This document shows positions 55,901 through 64,000 of a stretch of DNA of 64,000 nucleotides, one piece after another. The notes below the pieces were generated by a model that was not told the origin of the DNA, ran no database searches, and worked only from the letters and a program-made list of their open reading frames with translations. The stretch is from a virus (taxonomy: Duplodnaviria; Caudoviricetes): IMG/VR virus record IMGVR_UViG_2882837327_000005, positions 1 to 64,000 of that record; one strand, 5' to 3'. How positions within the stretch are numbered: the first letter of the stretch is position 1; each line of letters opens with the position of its first letter. The translations under genes were made by a program, and so were the position numbers.

Positions 55901-56836
55901 GAAAGCGGGCTCGTTGCCGCGCTCACCAGCCCGGCCAAACTTTCGTGGCCCGCCTATGACCTGGCGGGTCATGGTGCCGCAGGGACATATATCTCTGGTG
56001 CACCGAATGGCCCGAAGCTGTTCGTGCAGTGGGACCAAGAGATGGCGGTGGCGGCCGATCAGCGGGTCCAAGTCTCCGCCTTGGTCATCACGCATCGAAG
56101 CGAAGGGGCCTCCCTAGAGGTCATGTGGCTCGACATCTCAGGAAATCTCCTCGCGAGCAGCGTCACCAGCGTCCTGGCCAATACGACCTTCGAAGGCCGA
56201 AGCCTCGCCAACTGGCAGCGCATCGGCGGAATTTTCACTGCTCCCTCTGGCGCAACCGGCGCTCGACTGCGGCTGCGGCTCCATACCGATGGAGGCACCG
56301 ACCCCTACCTGTTCTGGACGCAGGCCATGCTGGCCCCGGCGCCGGCAAACGCGACGGAACTCGGAACATGGACCCCGGGAGGGGTAACCGCCATCAGCGG
56401 CGGTCAGATCCTGGCCGCGACGATCCAGGCGGCAGCCCTCGCCGCTGGTAGCGTCACGACCGACAAGCTGGCGGCCAACAGTATCGTTGCCGGCAAAATC
56501 GCCGCCGGCGCCATCAGTGCGACAGAGATCGCGGCGAATGCCATCAACGCCACGCATCTTGCAGCCACGACCCTTATCACCGCTACGGCCCAGATCGGGG
56601 ACCTGACCGTCAGCACCCTCAAGGTCGTCGGGGAGGGCGTCACCAGCAACAGCTACACGGAGCAGACGCCCAGCGTCAGCGTCTCCCGAGGAACCCCTTA
56701 CAACCACACCCAGATCGCGGATCTGTGGGTGGATGTGGCCGCGGACGGCCGAGTGCTCATTTTCGCCTCGGCCGGAGCCGCCTTCATTGCTGATTCGGGC
56801 GGCGGCGGTGGAGATGGCGGTGGTGGCAGTGAATAA
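52937..56836 (+). CDS. Central tail fibre / host specificity protein gpJ-like
   Basis: ISEGPIAG, YSGLWNGTFKQAWTRNPAW, QYCDETVPDG..EPR, GCTSRSQARR, FN3 domains, AGAVT repeats. Confidence 0.92.
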   Translation: MPDGFSSHSPIHGAGGLGGGGSSGGREAENTLRARNILRVLYLISEGPIAGWQTDEARKSIFLTENQTPIIAADGSTNFEMVDVQWRLGDAGASYIEGFPSAEDTFAGPGRVTADNTPQIRTVDLTSRDRLKVGIQLPAMYHQDDKGNVDPTSVSLRIEWRPSSGGPWQSLQSDTISGKCVSPYSKVYSWAKPYNGIIDIRVVRETPDPADTKTGNLIDWVSYSAVLDQKMLYPGCAYVALAFDAEKFNGQIPQVTFAPLGLYCDVPTNYDAETRTYSGLWNGTFKQAWTRNPAWIFWTLATNPRWGAGRALAAGLVNPTAAYQAAASLVDRWTLYSIAQYCDETVPDGFGGMEPRYQTDLWINSDDEAYRVLQSIASSFRAMIYWGGGKIVPVADRPSEPKKLVTRSNIIGDFLYEGASQRSQHSLVRVRWRDPVTGYREAVELVDDPELMRAVGYRPIDYEAVGCTSRSQARRMGRWILFTEKYEDRMVRWTASRDHANVVPGDIVLIQDSKLAGLQLSGRLACTPTSNSQLQLDRSVTFEAGKTYSFAVVLPSGDLSALTPLTNGPGTTDLVLLQTPLGQVPIAEAVWVITASDLAPVHYRVLHVKEDAEEGTYEISAARHYPGKYDMIEQGLALEDTPFSIERDPYRAVPVPTNLQVEEYVGGQANTALLRVIFSWTSVQDTWVTGYEAEAIREGALQAAQLVAGATVEFADLQPGNYTFRVRSLGRQGATSAWAYIDAVNVDGRADPPAPPTGLTAEGGIRANVIRWNSAASRHLRGTQVWASSNATFSAGGQVGEAPFGSFIHSGLLPNQTWFYWIRSVDTFGQTSGWVGPVQATTSLLVAADLTQGIIDTAAFAAGIAPVMLIDDLTASAANDTVAFNKADGQLYRRNGGTWVNSVPAVAITGSLSSDQIEGLDAAKLAGEIGETQISDGAISTPKLAAGAVTAANLAAGSVTTSALAVGSSNVIWNSCSTLTIDGWSVYGESGLVAALTSPAKLSWPAYDLAGHGAAGTYISGAPNGPKLFVQWDQEMAVAADQRVQVSALVITHRSEGASLEVMWLDISGNLLASSVTSVLANTTFEGRSLANWQRIGGIFTAPSGATGARLRLRLHTDGGTDPYLFWTQAMLAPAPANATELGTWTPGGVTAISGGQILAATIQAAALAAGSVTTDKLAANSIVAGKIAAGAISATEIAANAINATHLAATTLITATAQIGDLTVSTLKVVGEGVTSNSYTEQTPSVSVSRGTPYNHTQIADLWVDVAADGRVLIFASAGAAFIADSGGGGGDGGGGSE

Positions 56837-56847
56837 GGGGAACCCGA

Positions 56848-57105
56848 GTGGCGATCGACGCTGAATACTATCGCTATTGTGCCGGCATCGCCCTCGTGCG
56901 CTGGAACGGCACGGGATGGTCCCACGTCAGATGGATCCACGGGGGCTACCTGGGCGGCGGCGGACAGCGGCCAGTGGTGTTCGACAACCCCGGATCTGGA
57001 GCGAAGAACTACGCGCTGTGGGTAGTGAACGGCCAACTCTCCACGATGAGTTCTGTGACCGTTAACAAGCCGATTCAGCTCGGCACCCAGTTGAATAAGC
57101 GGTGA
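56848..57105 (+). CDS. Small protein resembling the missing C-terminal half-domain of gpJ
   Basis: DNPGSGAKNYAL..LNKR; own AAGGGG RBS. Confidence 0.6.
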   Translation: MAIDAEYYRYCAGIALVRWNGTGWSHVRWIHGGYLGGGGQRPVVFDNPGSGAKNYALWVVNGQLSTMSSVTVNKPIQLGTQLNKR

Positions 57106-57590
57106 GCCCCATGAGCGAGGAATCTGGTTTGGAGATGCTCGGCCCACCGTCGCCCGACGCATTAGCCGCATACCACGTCATCCACGACAGCGGCGTGATC
57201 CTCTCGCTCGGCTGCTCAGCGGCGCACCTGGTGCCGCTGTACATCTCCGGCACGCCGTATGAGCTGCTGCTGATCGACCATGCGACCTTCAACGCGGTGC
57301 GCGGGCGGCTCGAGGCCTTTCATGTGGCGGGAGGCGCGGTGCTGCAGCGTGTGGCGGCCCCGATAGCCTTGAGCGCCAGCTCCATAGCGGCGGACGGGGA
57401 GGCCCAGGCCGTCATCAGCGGAATCCCGGATGGGGCGGAGATCTCTGTCCGCGGGGCGGCTTCGGTGCCTTGGACACCGGTCATCGGCACCGCCGTAACT
57501 CTGACGAGCACCGAGCCTGGCCAAATGCTCGTCACCGTGCGCCTGCCGCCGCCATATCTCGAATGGAGGGACGTGATCCATGCGGTTTGA
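57102..57590 (+). CDS. Tail-associated protein
   Basis: IAADG..ISGIPDGA..PPPYL; position after J. Confidence 0.7.
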   Translation: MSPMSEESGLEMLGPPSPDALAAYHVIHDSGVILSLGCSAAHLVPLYISGTPYELLLIDHATFNAVRGRLEAFHVAGGAVLQRVAAPIALSASSIAADGEAQAVISGIPDGAEISVRGAASVPWTPVIGTAVTLTSTEPGQMLVTVRLPPPYLEWRDVIHAV

Positions 57591-57954
57591 GTTGGGTCGG
57601 CCCGCGGCCGATCTCCGTGTGGCCGAGGAGGCCAGAATCGACGCCGAGGCACACGCAGCCGCGGAGGCTGTGCGTCCCGCGATCAGTACCCGCATGGATG
57701 CGGCCAGGCTGGAACAGGCTCGAACCGCCGCGCTGTTGGCAGACGACTATGCCTCGACGGTGCCGCTGATCGCCGCGGTGCAGCTTTCGGGCACCCTCGC
57801 GCAAAAGGCAGCAGCGGTGCTGGCCGCCGCCGCGGATACCAACCGGCGTCTCACCATCATCGAAACCGCGCGGCTGGCGGCGAAGGCCCGACTGCGTGCG
57901 GCCGTGACCCCCGCGGAAATGCGCCTGGTGCGCCTCGAGATCTCCGTTGACTGA
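57580..57954 (+). CDS. Tail fibre assembly-like protein
   Basis: Ala-rich helical; IETARLAAKARLRAA. Confidence 0.65.
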   Translation: MRFELGRPAADLRVAEEARIDAEAHAAAEAVRPAISTRMDAARLEQARTAALLADDYASTVPLIAAVQLSGTLAQKAAAVLAAAADTNRRLTIIETARLAAKARLRAAVTPAEMRLVRLEISVD

Positions 57955-58093
57955 TCTTGATCCCGGCCTGACGAGGCGGAAATCGCCTCGGCCACGGTGA
58001 TCTTCTGGTCCTAAGGGAGCCACTTGCGGAAATTGTGAGCCGGCGACCATGCCAGAGATGACGCAGCAGGTGCGTCCGGCATGGGGTGCTACA

Positions 58094-58429
58094 GTGAGCC
58101 AGCCCGCAACCTACGATCTCGTGTTCGATCCGGAGAGAGGCCTCACCGAAAGCTTCTTCCTTCATGACCAGGAAGGGCGGCCTCTCGATCTCGAGGGCGC
58201 TTCGGCGGAGATGAGGATTTCCGACCAAGCCGGCATCCCCCTGCTTACCCTGACAGTTGGAGGCGGCCTGACCATCGAGACGGGAAGGTCTCGACTGTCG
58301 ATCGGCCTGGGCCCCTCCGCAGCATCTGGATTGCGCCCGGGCATCCAGCGGTACGAATTGAATCTCGCACTGCGGTCTGGCGACCGGCCGCTCCTGGCTG
58401 GGCGCCTTCTGGTTCGGGAGGGGGCATGA
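58094..58429 (+). CDS. Fibre adaptor (BppU-N-like)
   Basis: PLDLEGASAEMRI..YELNL..LLAGRLLVREG. Confidence 0.7.
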   Translation: MSQPATYDLVFDPERGLTESFFLHDQEGRPLDLEGASAEMRISDQAGIPLLTLTVGGGLTIETGRSRLSIGLGPSAASGLRPGIQRYELNLALRSGDRPLLAGRLLVREGA

Positions 58430-61400
58430 GCGACATTTATGTCGTACCCGACCGCCCGGATGCGACCCTGGCGACGCCGGGCGAGCGCGCAGACGCTTTG
58501 GTGGCGCTGAAGGCACGCGAGGCCGCCCAGAAAGCCGCCGTCACGGCGCAGTCGTCCGCAGCCACCGCTCTGGACGCCCAAGCGCAGACGGAAGCAGCTC
58601 TGCCCGGGGAGGTAGCCGCCCGTGCTGCCGGCGACGCCGCGCTCGGCGCCTCGATCTTCGATCTGGCGTCGGCGGTGCCAAGCATGGCGCCGGTGCAGTC
58701 CGTGGCGGGCCAGATGGGCGCCATCGACGACCAGACACTGCGCGTCGCACTCGGCATCGGCACTTTCCGCACGAGGCTTGCCGCTATTGTCGCCGCCATC
58801 CCCTTGGTGGTCACGTCGATCACCACGCTTGGCTTCAGCCAGATGGATGACCGAGGGGGGGCCGCATATCAGCGGGTTTCGAGCGCCACCCCTGGCGGTT
58901 TCACGGATGCTACTGGCGGGACCTGGGCGATTGTCGGGGAGAAGCTCACTCCCTATCAGTTTGGCGCCCTGGGCAACGGCGGGAATGACCGCACGGCGCT
59001 GCTGGACTGGTGGGCGGCCATTCATGTCGCGTCCACGCAATTCGGAGCACAGTACCCGGCCTCTCAGGCGCGCGTTGGCATCGTTCCGCCGGCGAGGTTC
59101 CGTGCCAGCCCTGTCCTGCAATTGAGTTCCGAAAGCACAGGCACCACGATCATCGGCAGCGGCCCGGCCAGCATGCTCGACGGCGTCGAACTGCATGTGG
59201 GCGGAAACCGCGCGCGCGTCAGCAACGTCGGCCTGACCGGTGCCTCCGCCTGGGGGCTCCGCCTCTACGGGCGATATCGCCGTCAAGCTCAGATCGACAA
59301 CGTCTGGGTACGCGACAAGCTGTATGCGTACTCCATCGAGGGGCCCGGGAGCGGCGACCTCTGGATCAATGTCAAGGCCGAGAAGTCGACCTGCGGCCTG
59401 CTCTGCGTCGACACGCTGAATAGTCAATTCGTCAACTGCGAGTTCGACCAGCCGGTGGCGACCGTGGCGGGGCTGACCGGCGGCCTCGGCGGCGTCGGAA
59501 TCAGGCAGTTGGCCGGTGGGCAGCTCAAGCTGTCCAACTGCTCGGCGGCCGGCATTCGCGCCTCGATGCTCATCACCTCCCAGACGAGGCGACAGAGCTA
59601 CGAGTGCTATTACTCACAGCTGACCCTGGCGGGGGTAGGGCGCTCGCGGATCCTGCCTATCCTCGGAGTGACCGATAACGGCAGCGGGCTAGCGAGGCTG
59701 CAGACCAGTCAGGCCTGGGCCGTAAGCAGCATCGCTGATCGGGGCGCCCGCTTCATCGGCCGATCGCCGCAGGGCGCGCGGCTGACCATTACCGGAAGCG
59801 GTGGCTCCATCACGAGCCTGAAGGCCGGCTTCTCCGAGCTGCTGCCCCTCGTGGGCGATGTTCCGACTTCAATTGCATGGCAGGGCAGCGCCGCGGCAAC
59901 GGCGCAGGCGATCGCGGCGGCCATCACCACCGGTACCGCTACGCACTGTTGGGCCGCCCTGGCGGTGGGCGACGATCTGATCGTCGTTGCTGTCGACCAG
60001 TACCGGCCCATGGACAACCTGACGCTGACCATTTCCGGGATCGGAGGGGCAGGCAGCGCTTCGGCCGCCTTCTCGACCATGGCGCACGCCGACATCGGCT
60101 TCTCCGTGTCGCAGAACAGCGCCGCTGGATCGATTACCTCGCTTCTGGCGGGCACCACCCAGCTGCTGAGCGCCCCGGTCTCCTGGGTCGAGGATGGGGT
60201 CACGCTGCCACCGACATCAGCGGTTCAGACGGCGATCAATATCGCGGCCTCCATCAACGCCGGCCAGGCGGTCCATGGATACTTCGCATACGCGATTAGC
60301 GGGCGTGTCTGGCTTATGGCCCCAGTTGCTGATGGCTTGGCGGCACACTGGCGCAGCCTCACGCCGACGATCAGCGGCGGCTTGTCCATCTCTTTCCCCA
60401 CCTACGCCGCGGTACAGACCACGGCCGCCGCGGATTTCGTGAAGGGCGACAGCCTCGGGATCAGCGGCAGCACGGGGTACGACGGCATCGCCGAGGTCCT
60501 GCAGCGCGAGGATGCCAGTACCTTCGGCATCTTCCTGACCGTTGCCGGCACCATGACGCCTGGCGGTTCCGCCTGGCACCCCAACCGGCTGATCGATGGC
60601 GACCGCAGCCTTCTCGTGACGTCGGGCCTGAGCGCCTACGACGGGACAGTGGACATCGTCGGCGCAGGCGACACATGGGTCGACATCAACCGCGCCTACA
60701 CCGCCGATGCGACTGGCACCTTGGCCGCTTGGGGCAACGATCTCGAGGTCCTCGTCGACGACGGCGCGCTCAGGTGCAACGACCTGTTCTGGCACGGCGG
60801 GAACATCAACTACACTTTCATCGCCTCGGGCTACAATTTCCGCTTCAAAGGAACGCGGCTCAAGTCGCACATTTGGTTTGATCCGCAGATCTCAACGATC
60901 CTCCACATTGCTCGCATCTCGATCGAGGGCGACATGCGGGGCCGGGACGCGGACGCCCTGACCGACACAAAGATCGGAGGCGCGATCAAAGGCTGGAGTG
61001 CCTTCGGGCACCGTGACGACAGCGGGGCAGCATCCGCAGGCACCGGCTATCTGCTCTTTGCTGTGCCCGACGCGACGGCCGGACGGCAGAACAATCGGGC
61101 TGCCTCCTTCAACGCCCAGCGCATTCGTGAAAACGGCACCATCGAATGGACCGTAGGCGGCTTCAGCCAGACGCTTAACTATGCCCAGCTGAGTGTCTTT
61201 GGTCACCGACTGAGAAGGCCAACAAACCTCCCGACGCCCACGAACACTATCGACGCCGTGGCAGCGGGCGCTGGTAGTCCAGCCCTGATAGCCGCTGTGG
61301 GGGAATCGAACGCCGGCCTGGCCCTGGCTGCAGCCGGCGCGGGCGATCTCGACCTGCGGTCGGGCGGAGGCACCAGCCGCATTGCGCGGTTCAGATCTGC

Positions 61401-61701
61401 GCCCGGGGCGCCCGCCGGACCGAACTACCTCCAGGTCACGGCCGGCGCCAGCGGCAGCCCGGTGGTCGTCACCGCAAATGGCACCGACGCCAATCCGGCC
61501 CTCCACCTGGGAACCGTCGGCAATGAGGTGCGCTTCCTCGGCATCCCGCGCCTGCCGCTCTACCTTCGGTCAACGCTGCCGAGCCCGACTGGGGCTCCGC
61601 GCATCGTGGCCATCAGTGACCCGGCCGCCGGCAAGTCGCGCGTCGTCTTCGACGCTGGCAGTTGGCGCTACTTCGACGACAGCGTCGTCGCCCTGACCTG
61701 A
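58426..61701 (+). CDS. Tail fibre/tailspike with beta-helix (pectate-lyase-like) region
   Basis: VQSVAGQMG, DDRGGAAY, TPYQFGALGNGGNDRTAL; internal duplicated domain. Confidence 0.75.
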   Translation: MSDIYVVPDRPDATLATPGERADALVALKAREAAQKAAVTAQSSAATALDAQAQTEAALPGEVAARAAGDAALGASIFDLASAVPSMAPVQSVAGQMGAIDDQTLRVALGIGTFRTRLAAIVAAIPLVVTSITTLGFSQMDDRGGAAYQRVSSATPGGFTDATGGTWAIVGEKLTPYQFGALGNGGNDRTALLDWWAAIHVASTQFGAQYPASQARVGIVPPARFRASPVLQLSSESTGTTIIGSGPASMLDGVELHVGGNRARVSNVGLTGASAWGLRLYGRYRRQAQIDNVWVRDKLYAYSIEGPGSGDLWINVKAEKSTCGLLCVDTLNSQFVNCEFDQPVATVAGLTGGLGGVGIRQLAGGQLKLSNCSAAGIRASMLITSQTRRQSYECYYSQLTLAGVGRSRILPILGVTDNGSGLARLQTSQAWAVSSIADRGARFIGRSPQGARLTITGSGGSITSLKAGFSELLPLVGDVPTSIAWQGSAAATAQAIAAAITTGTATHCWAALAVGDDLIVVAVDQYRPMDNLTLTISGIGGAGSASAAFSTMAHADIGFSVSQNSAAGSITSLLAGTTQLLSAPVSWVEDGVTLPPTSAVQTAINIAASINAGQAVHGYFAYAISGRVWLMAPVADGLAAHWRSLTPTISGGLSISFPTYAAVQTTAAADFVKGDSLGISGSTGYDGIAEVLQREDASTFGIFLTVAGTMTPGGSAWHPNRLIDGDRSLLVTSGLSAYDGTVDIVGAGDTWVDINRAYTADATGTLAAWGNDLEVLVDDGALRCNDLFWHGGNINYTFIASGYNFRFKGTRLKSHIWFDPQISTILHIARISIEGDMRGRDADALTDTKIGGAIKGWSAFGHRDDSGAASAGTGYLLFAVPDATAGRQNNRAASFNAQRIRENGTIEWTVGGFSQTLNYAQLSVFGHRLRRPTNLPTPTNTIDAVAAGAGSPALIAAVGESNAGLALAAAGAGDLDLRSGGGTSRIARFRSAPGAPAGPNYLQVTAGASGSPVVVTANGTDANPALHLGTVGNEVRFLGIPRLPLYLRSTLPSPTGAPRIVAISDPAAGKSRVVFDAGSWRYFDDSVVALT

Positions 61702-61712
61702 TTGGAGCCATC

Positions 61713-62093
61713 ATGAACCCGACCCGCGTCGCTGAAGAACTGCTCATCCGCTTTGACGATGTCGGCGCGGTTCGGGGCGTGCACTTCAAGGAGATCGACG
61801 TCTACTGGAAGGCGGACGGGACCGTCGATTTCCGCCGTGATGTTGACCCGCGTCCCATTTCGTTGATGGAGGCCGTTGACCTGCTGGGAGAAGCCTCGGG
61901 GCCACTTGTGGCGCTGGCAACCGCGCAGAGAGCCGAGATTGAAGGTCAGCAGGCAGAAATCTTCGCGGTTCGCCAGGCGCTGACAGCCGAGCAGAGCCGC
62001 TCTCTTGGTTTGGAAGAGCAGATCGATTTTCTGATGCGGGAGCGAGAGGCATTGCAGGAGCGCCTGAGCTTGCTGTCGCCTGCGGCCGGGTAG
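61713..62093 (+). CDS. Hypothetical protein with coiled coil
   Basis: GGAG RBS; ELLIRFD..G.H. Confidence 0.65.
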   Translation: MNPTRVAEELLIRFDDVGAVRGVHFKEIDVYWKADGTVDFRRDVDPRPISLMEAVDLLGEASGPLVALATAQRAEIEGQQAEIFAVRQALTAEQSRSLGLEEQIDFLMREREALQERLSLLSPAAG

Positions 62094-62216
62094 CATGCGA
62101 GGGGAAGCCACTCGACAACCTGCGCAGAGAGCCGAGATTGACCGCTTGCGGAAATTTCGGACCGACGACCATGCCGGAGGTGACGCAGCAGTTGCGTCGG
62201 GCATGGAGTACTTGCC

Positions 62217-62585
62217 TTGACGAAAACCGCAGAAACGCTGCTCGGCTGGGCCATCGACAAGGCAGTGCCGCTCCTGATCACAGGCTTGATCGCGGGCGTC
62301 AGCTGGGTCGGCAACTCCGTGCTGGAGCAGCGGGCCCGGGCGAGCCTGTTCGACGCTCGCATGACGGCCTTCGAACGGCGCCTGGACTCCGAACTCCGCG
62401 CCGAGGTGGCGGCCACCAGGGCAAGGTCCGACGAGAACGATGTACGTCACGAGGCCCGCCTCAACGCGGTGGAAACGGCGCAGCGAGCGTCGGACCTGCT
62501 GGGTGCCGAGCTGAAGACCGAAATCCGAAACCTCAGCGCCGGGATCAACCGTGTCGAGGTGCTCATCAGGGAGACGCGGCGATGA
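62217..62585 (+). CDS. Single-TM coiled-coil lysis protein (holin or antiholin candidate)
   Basis: TM plus coiled coil; first gene of the lysis cassette. Confidence 0.55.
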   Translation: MTKTAETLLGWAIDKAVPLLITGLIAGVSWVGNSVLEQRARASLFDARMTAFERRLDSELRAEVAATRARSDENDVRHEARLNAVETAQRASDLLGAELKTEIRNLSAGINRVEVLIRETRR

Positions 62586-62812
62586 ACCCCGAACTGACGG
62601 GCGTGCTGCTCTGGGCCGTCCGAATGGGCCTGGTGGCGCTGGGCTCTGCCCTGGCGGCACACGGCGTGGGCGACAAGGACCTTTGGGAGCAGGTCGCCAC
62701 CCAGGTTGCGGGGCCGGCCGTAGCCATGATCGGCATCGTGCTGTCCTACCGTGCGCGCAAGAAGCAGATCGCTGCCCCGCCGCCGCCTCGAGTGCGCGAG
62801 TGGCGGGAGTAA
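62582..62812 (+). CDS. Holin (two TM, basic C-tail)
   Basis: VRMGLVALGSALAAHG..IGIVLSYRARKK. Confidence 0.7.
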   Translation: MNPELTGVLLWAVRMGLVALGSALAAHGVGDKDLWEQVATQVAGPAVAMIGIVLSYRARKKQIAAPPPPRVREWRE

Positions 62813-62816
62813 GCCG

Positions 62817-63053
62817 ATGCCGACCGTAGTCAGCGCCATCTTCGGCACCACTCTGGGCCGATATGCCCTGGCCATCGTGGCCTTGGTCGCGGTCCTCACC
62901 TGGGCCCGCTGGGACGCGGCGCGCGACGCCGTGACCCAGCAGACCGCCACCTCCCTCCAACGCCAGGAGACCACCCGTGAAGGTGCTGATGCTGCTGCTC
63001 GCGATGCCGAGCGCACTGGCGCTGGCCGGCTGCTCGACGCCGGTCGTTTCTGA
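62817..63053 (+). CDS. i-spanin (Rz-like)
   Basis: N-terminal TM plus short periplasmic helix; overlaps a lipoprotein gene. Confidence 0.65.
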   Translation: MPTVVSAIFGTTLGRYALAIVALVAVLTWARWDAARDAVTQQTATSLQRQETTREGADAAARDAERTGAGRLLDAGRF

Positions 63054-63207
63054 GCGGCCCTGCCCGCGCCTGACGGAGTTCCCGCTCGAGGTGCAACAGG
63101 CCGCTGCCGCTGAGCTGGCCGCGCCGCCGGCCAAACCCGCGTTGGATCGGATGATGGCCTCCATGGCCGCCGACCGCGCCTTCAATCGGAGCGTCTGCAA
63201 GCGATGA
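62977..63207 (+). CDS. o-spanin (Rz1-like lipoprotein)
   Basis: Lipobox LAGC; CP motif and terminal Cys. Confidence 0.7.
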   Translation: MKVLMLLLAMPSALALAGCSTPVVSERPCPRLTEFPLEVQQAAAAELAAPPAKPALDRMMASMAADRAFNRSVCKR

Positions 63208-64000
63208 GCCTGCTGTCTCGTATCGCCCTCGCCCTGCCGGCGATCTTCTACACGCCCACGATCGCGCCCGCCGCGCCGCAGCCGGACCCGGTGCCTATCG
63301 TCGCACCGCCGTCCGAGGCCGGCATCCGCACTGTGCGCATGGGTAGCAGCGGCACCGATGTCGCGTGGCTGCAGACGGCCCTGGGCGAGAAGCCCGACGG
63401 CATCTTCGGCTTCCGCACCCGCGACGCGCTGCTCGAATGGCAGGTCGAACAGAAGCTGGTCGCTGATGGTATCGCTGGACCGGCCACCTGGCGCGCGCTG
63501 GGGATCAAGGGCACCTCGGCGCCGGCGGTGTTCGAGCGCCCCATCGCGGCCAGCACCTCCGAGCTGCTGCTGCAGACCTCGATCGCCCGGGCGCTGCGCG
63601 CCGTGGGCACCGTGGATCCTGCTGGCTGGGCCGCCGTCATCGCGAAGGAGATCCAGGGCGAGGGCATGCCGCGCGACGGCGAGCTCGCCGCCTGGCTGGC
63701 GAATGTGGTCAACGAGACAGGCGGCCTGTCGGTGCTGGTGGAGAACCTCTTCTACACCAAGCCCGAGCGCATCCGGGAGAATTGGCCGAAGCGCTTTCCG
63801 ACCCTGGCCGATGCCGAGCCCTTCGCGCGCAACGCCTATGGCCTAGCCGAGAAGGTCTATGGCGGGCGCATGGGCAACCGCCCGGCGGGCAGCGGCGACG
63901 GCTACGCGAACCGCGGCCACGGCCTGTTCCAGACCACGGGCTACGACAACCTGTCCGCGCTGGCCAAGGCCCGGGGCATCACCCTCGACGAACTCCGACC
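63204..64000 (+). CDS. Modular endolysin: PG-binding domain + GH19 (truncated by window edge; not in ORF track)
   Basis: RMGSSGTDVAWLQ..DGIFG..ADGIAGPATW; NETGG..ENLFY..YGGRMGN..GDG..RGHGLFQTTG. Confidence 0.88.
   Translation, partial: MSLLSRIALALPAIFYTPTIAPAAPQPDPVPIVAPPSEAGIRTVRMGSSGTDVAWLQTALGEKPDGIFGFRTRDALLEWQVEQKLVADGIAGPATWRALGIKGTSAPAVFERPIAASTSELLLQTSIARALRAVGTVDPAGWAAVIAKEIQGEGMPRDGELAAWLANVVNETGGLSVLVENLFYTKPERIRENWPKRFPTLADAEPFARNAYGLAEKVYGGRMGNRPAGSGDGYANRGHGLFQTTGYDNLSALAKARGITLDELR

Larger units (their letters stand above)
370..64000 (+). mobile_element. Prophage (siphovirus-like, lambda-type tail tip), continues past the right edge
   Basis: att at a tRNA 3' end, then primase, terminase, portal, protease, capsid, tail and lysis modules in canonical order. 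Confidence 0.95.

Noticed and set aside
1-64000. CRISPR array, DGR/retron reverse transcriptase, IS element, integrase
   Set aside because: No regularly spaced repeats and no RT, transposase or recombinase motifs seen; the integrase is presumably beyond the right edge

Overview
Nearly the whole window (about 370 to beyond 64000) is one large, apparently intact lambdoid-tail (siphovirus-like) prophage. The host is a high-GC alphaproteobacterium (inferred from GTTC-N7-GTTC LexA boxes and gene content). Integration is at the 3' end of tRNA-Thr(CGT), with the att core at 370-418; the integrase, repressor and other att site must lie beyond the right edge. Order: DnaG primase and about 35 small translationally coupled early genes (RNA ligase, DUF1643, DUF3307), AbiTii moron, dUTPase, TerS, a truncated TerL-ATPase paralogue, TerL, a tRNA cluster (two probable 8/4-type Ser, Trp, Arg, one tRNA-like RNA), SOS-boxed Zn-ribbon genes, portal, an unusually large head-cargo block, XkdF-like protease, scaffold, capsid, neck, tail tube, G/GT chaperones, tape measure, a moron island (lipoprotein, catalytically dead S24 protein, LexA-boxed HicB/HicA), lambda-like M/L/K/I/J, tailspike and lysis genes. 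Most notable: (1) modular head proteins built from recurring (L/V/M)xK putative cleavage sites, short repeated tags, Gly-zipper helices and swappable payloads including a JAB domain, suggesting protease-processed capsid cargo; (2) about 10 copies of a phage-specific promoter motif TTGCG/TAGACG-N15/16-GACCATG, two of them inside RBS-masking hairpins; (3) the probably ATPase-dead terminase paralogue; (4) the S24 pseudo-protease and three LexA boxes; (5) non-canonical tRNAs. All family assignments come from motif recognition by eye; no database searches were run.
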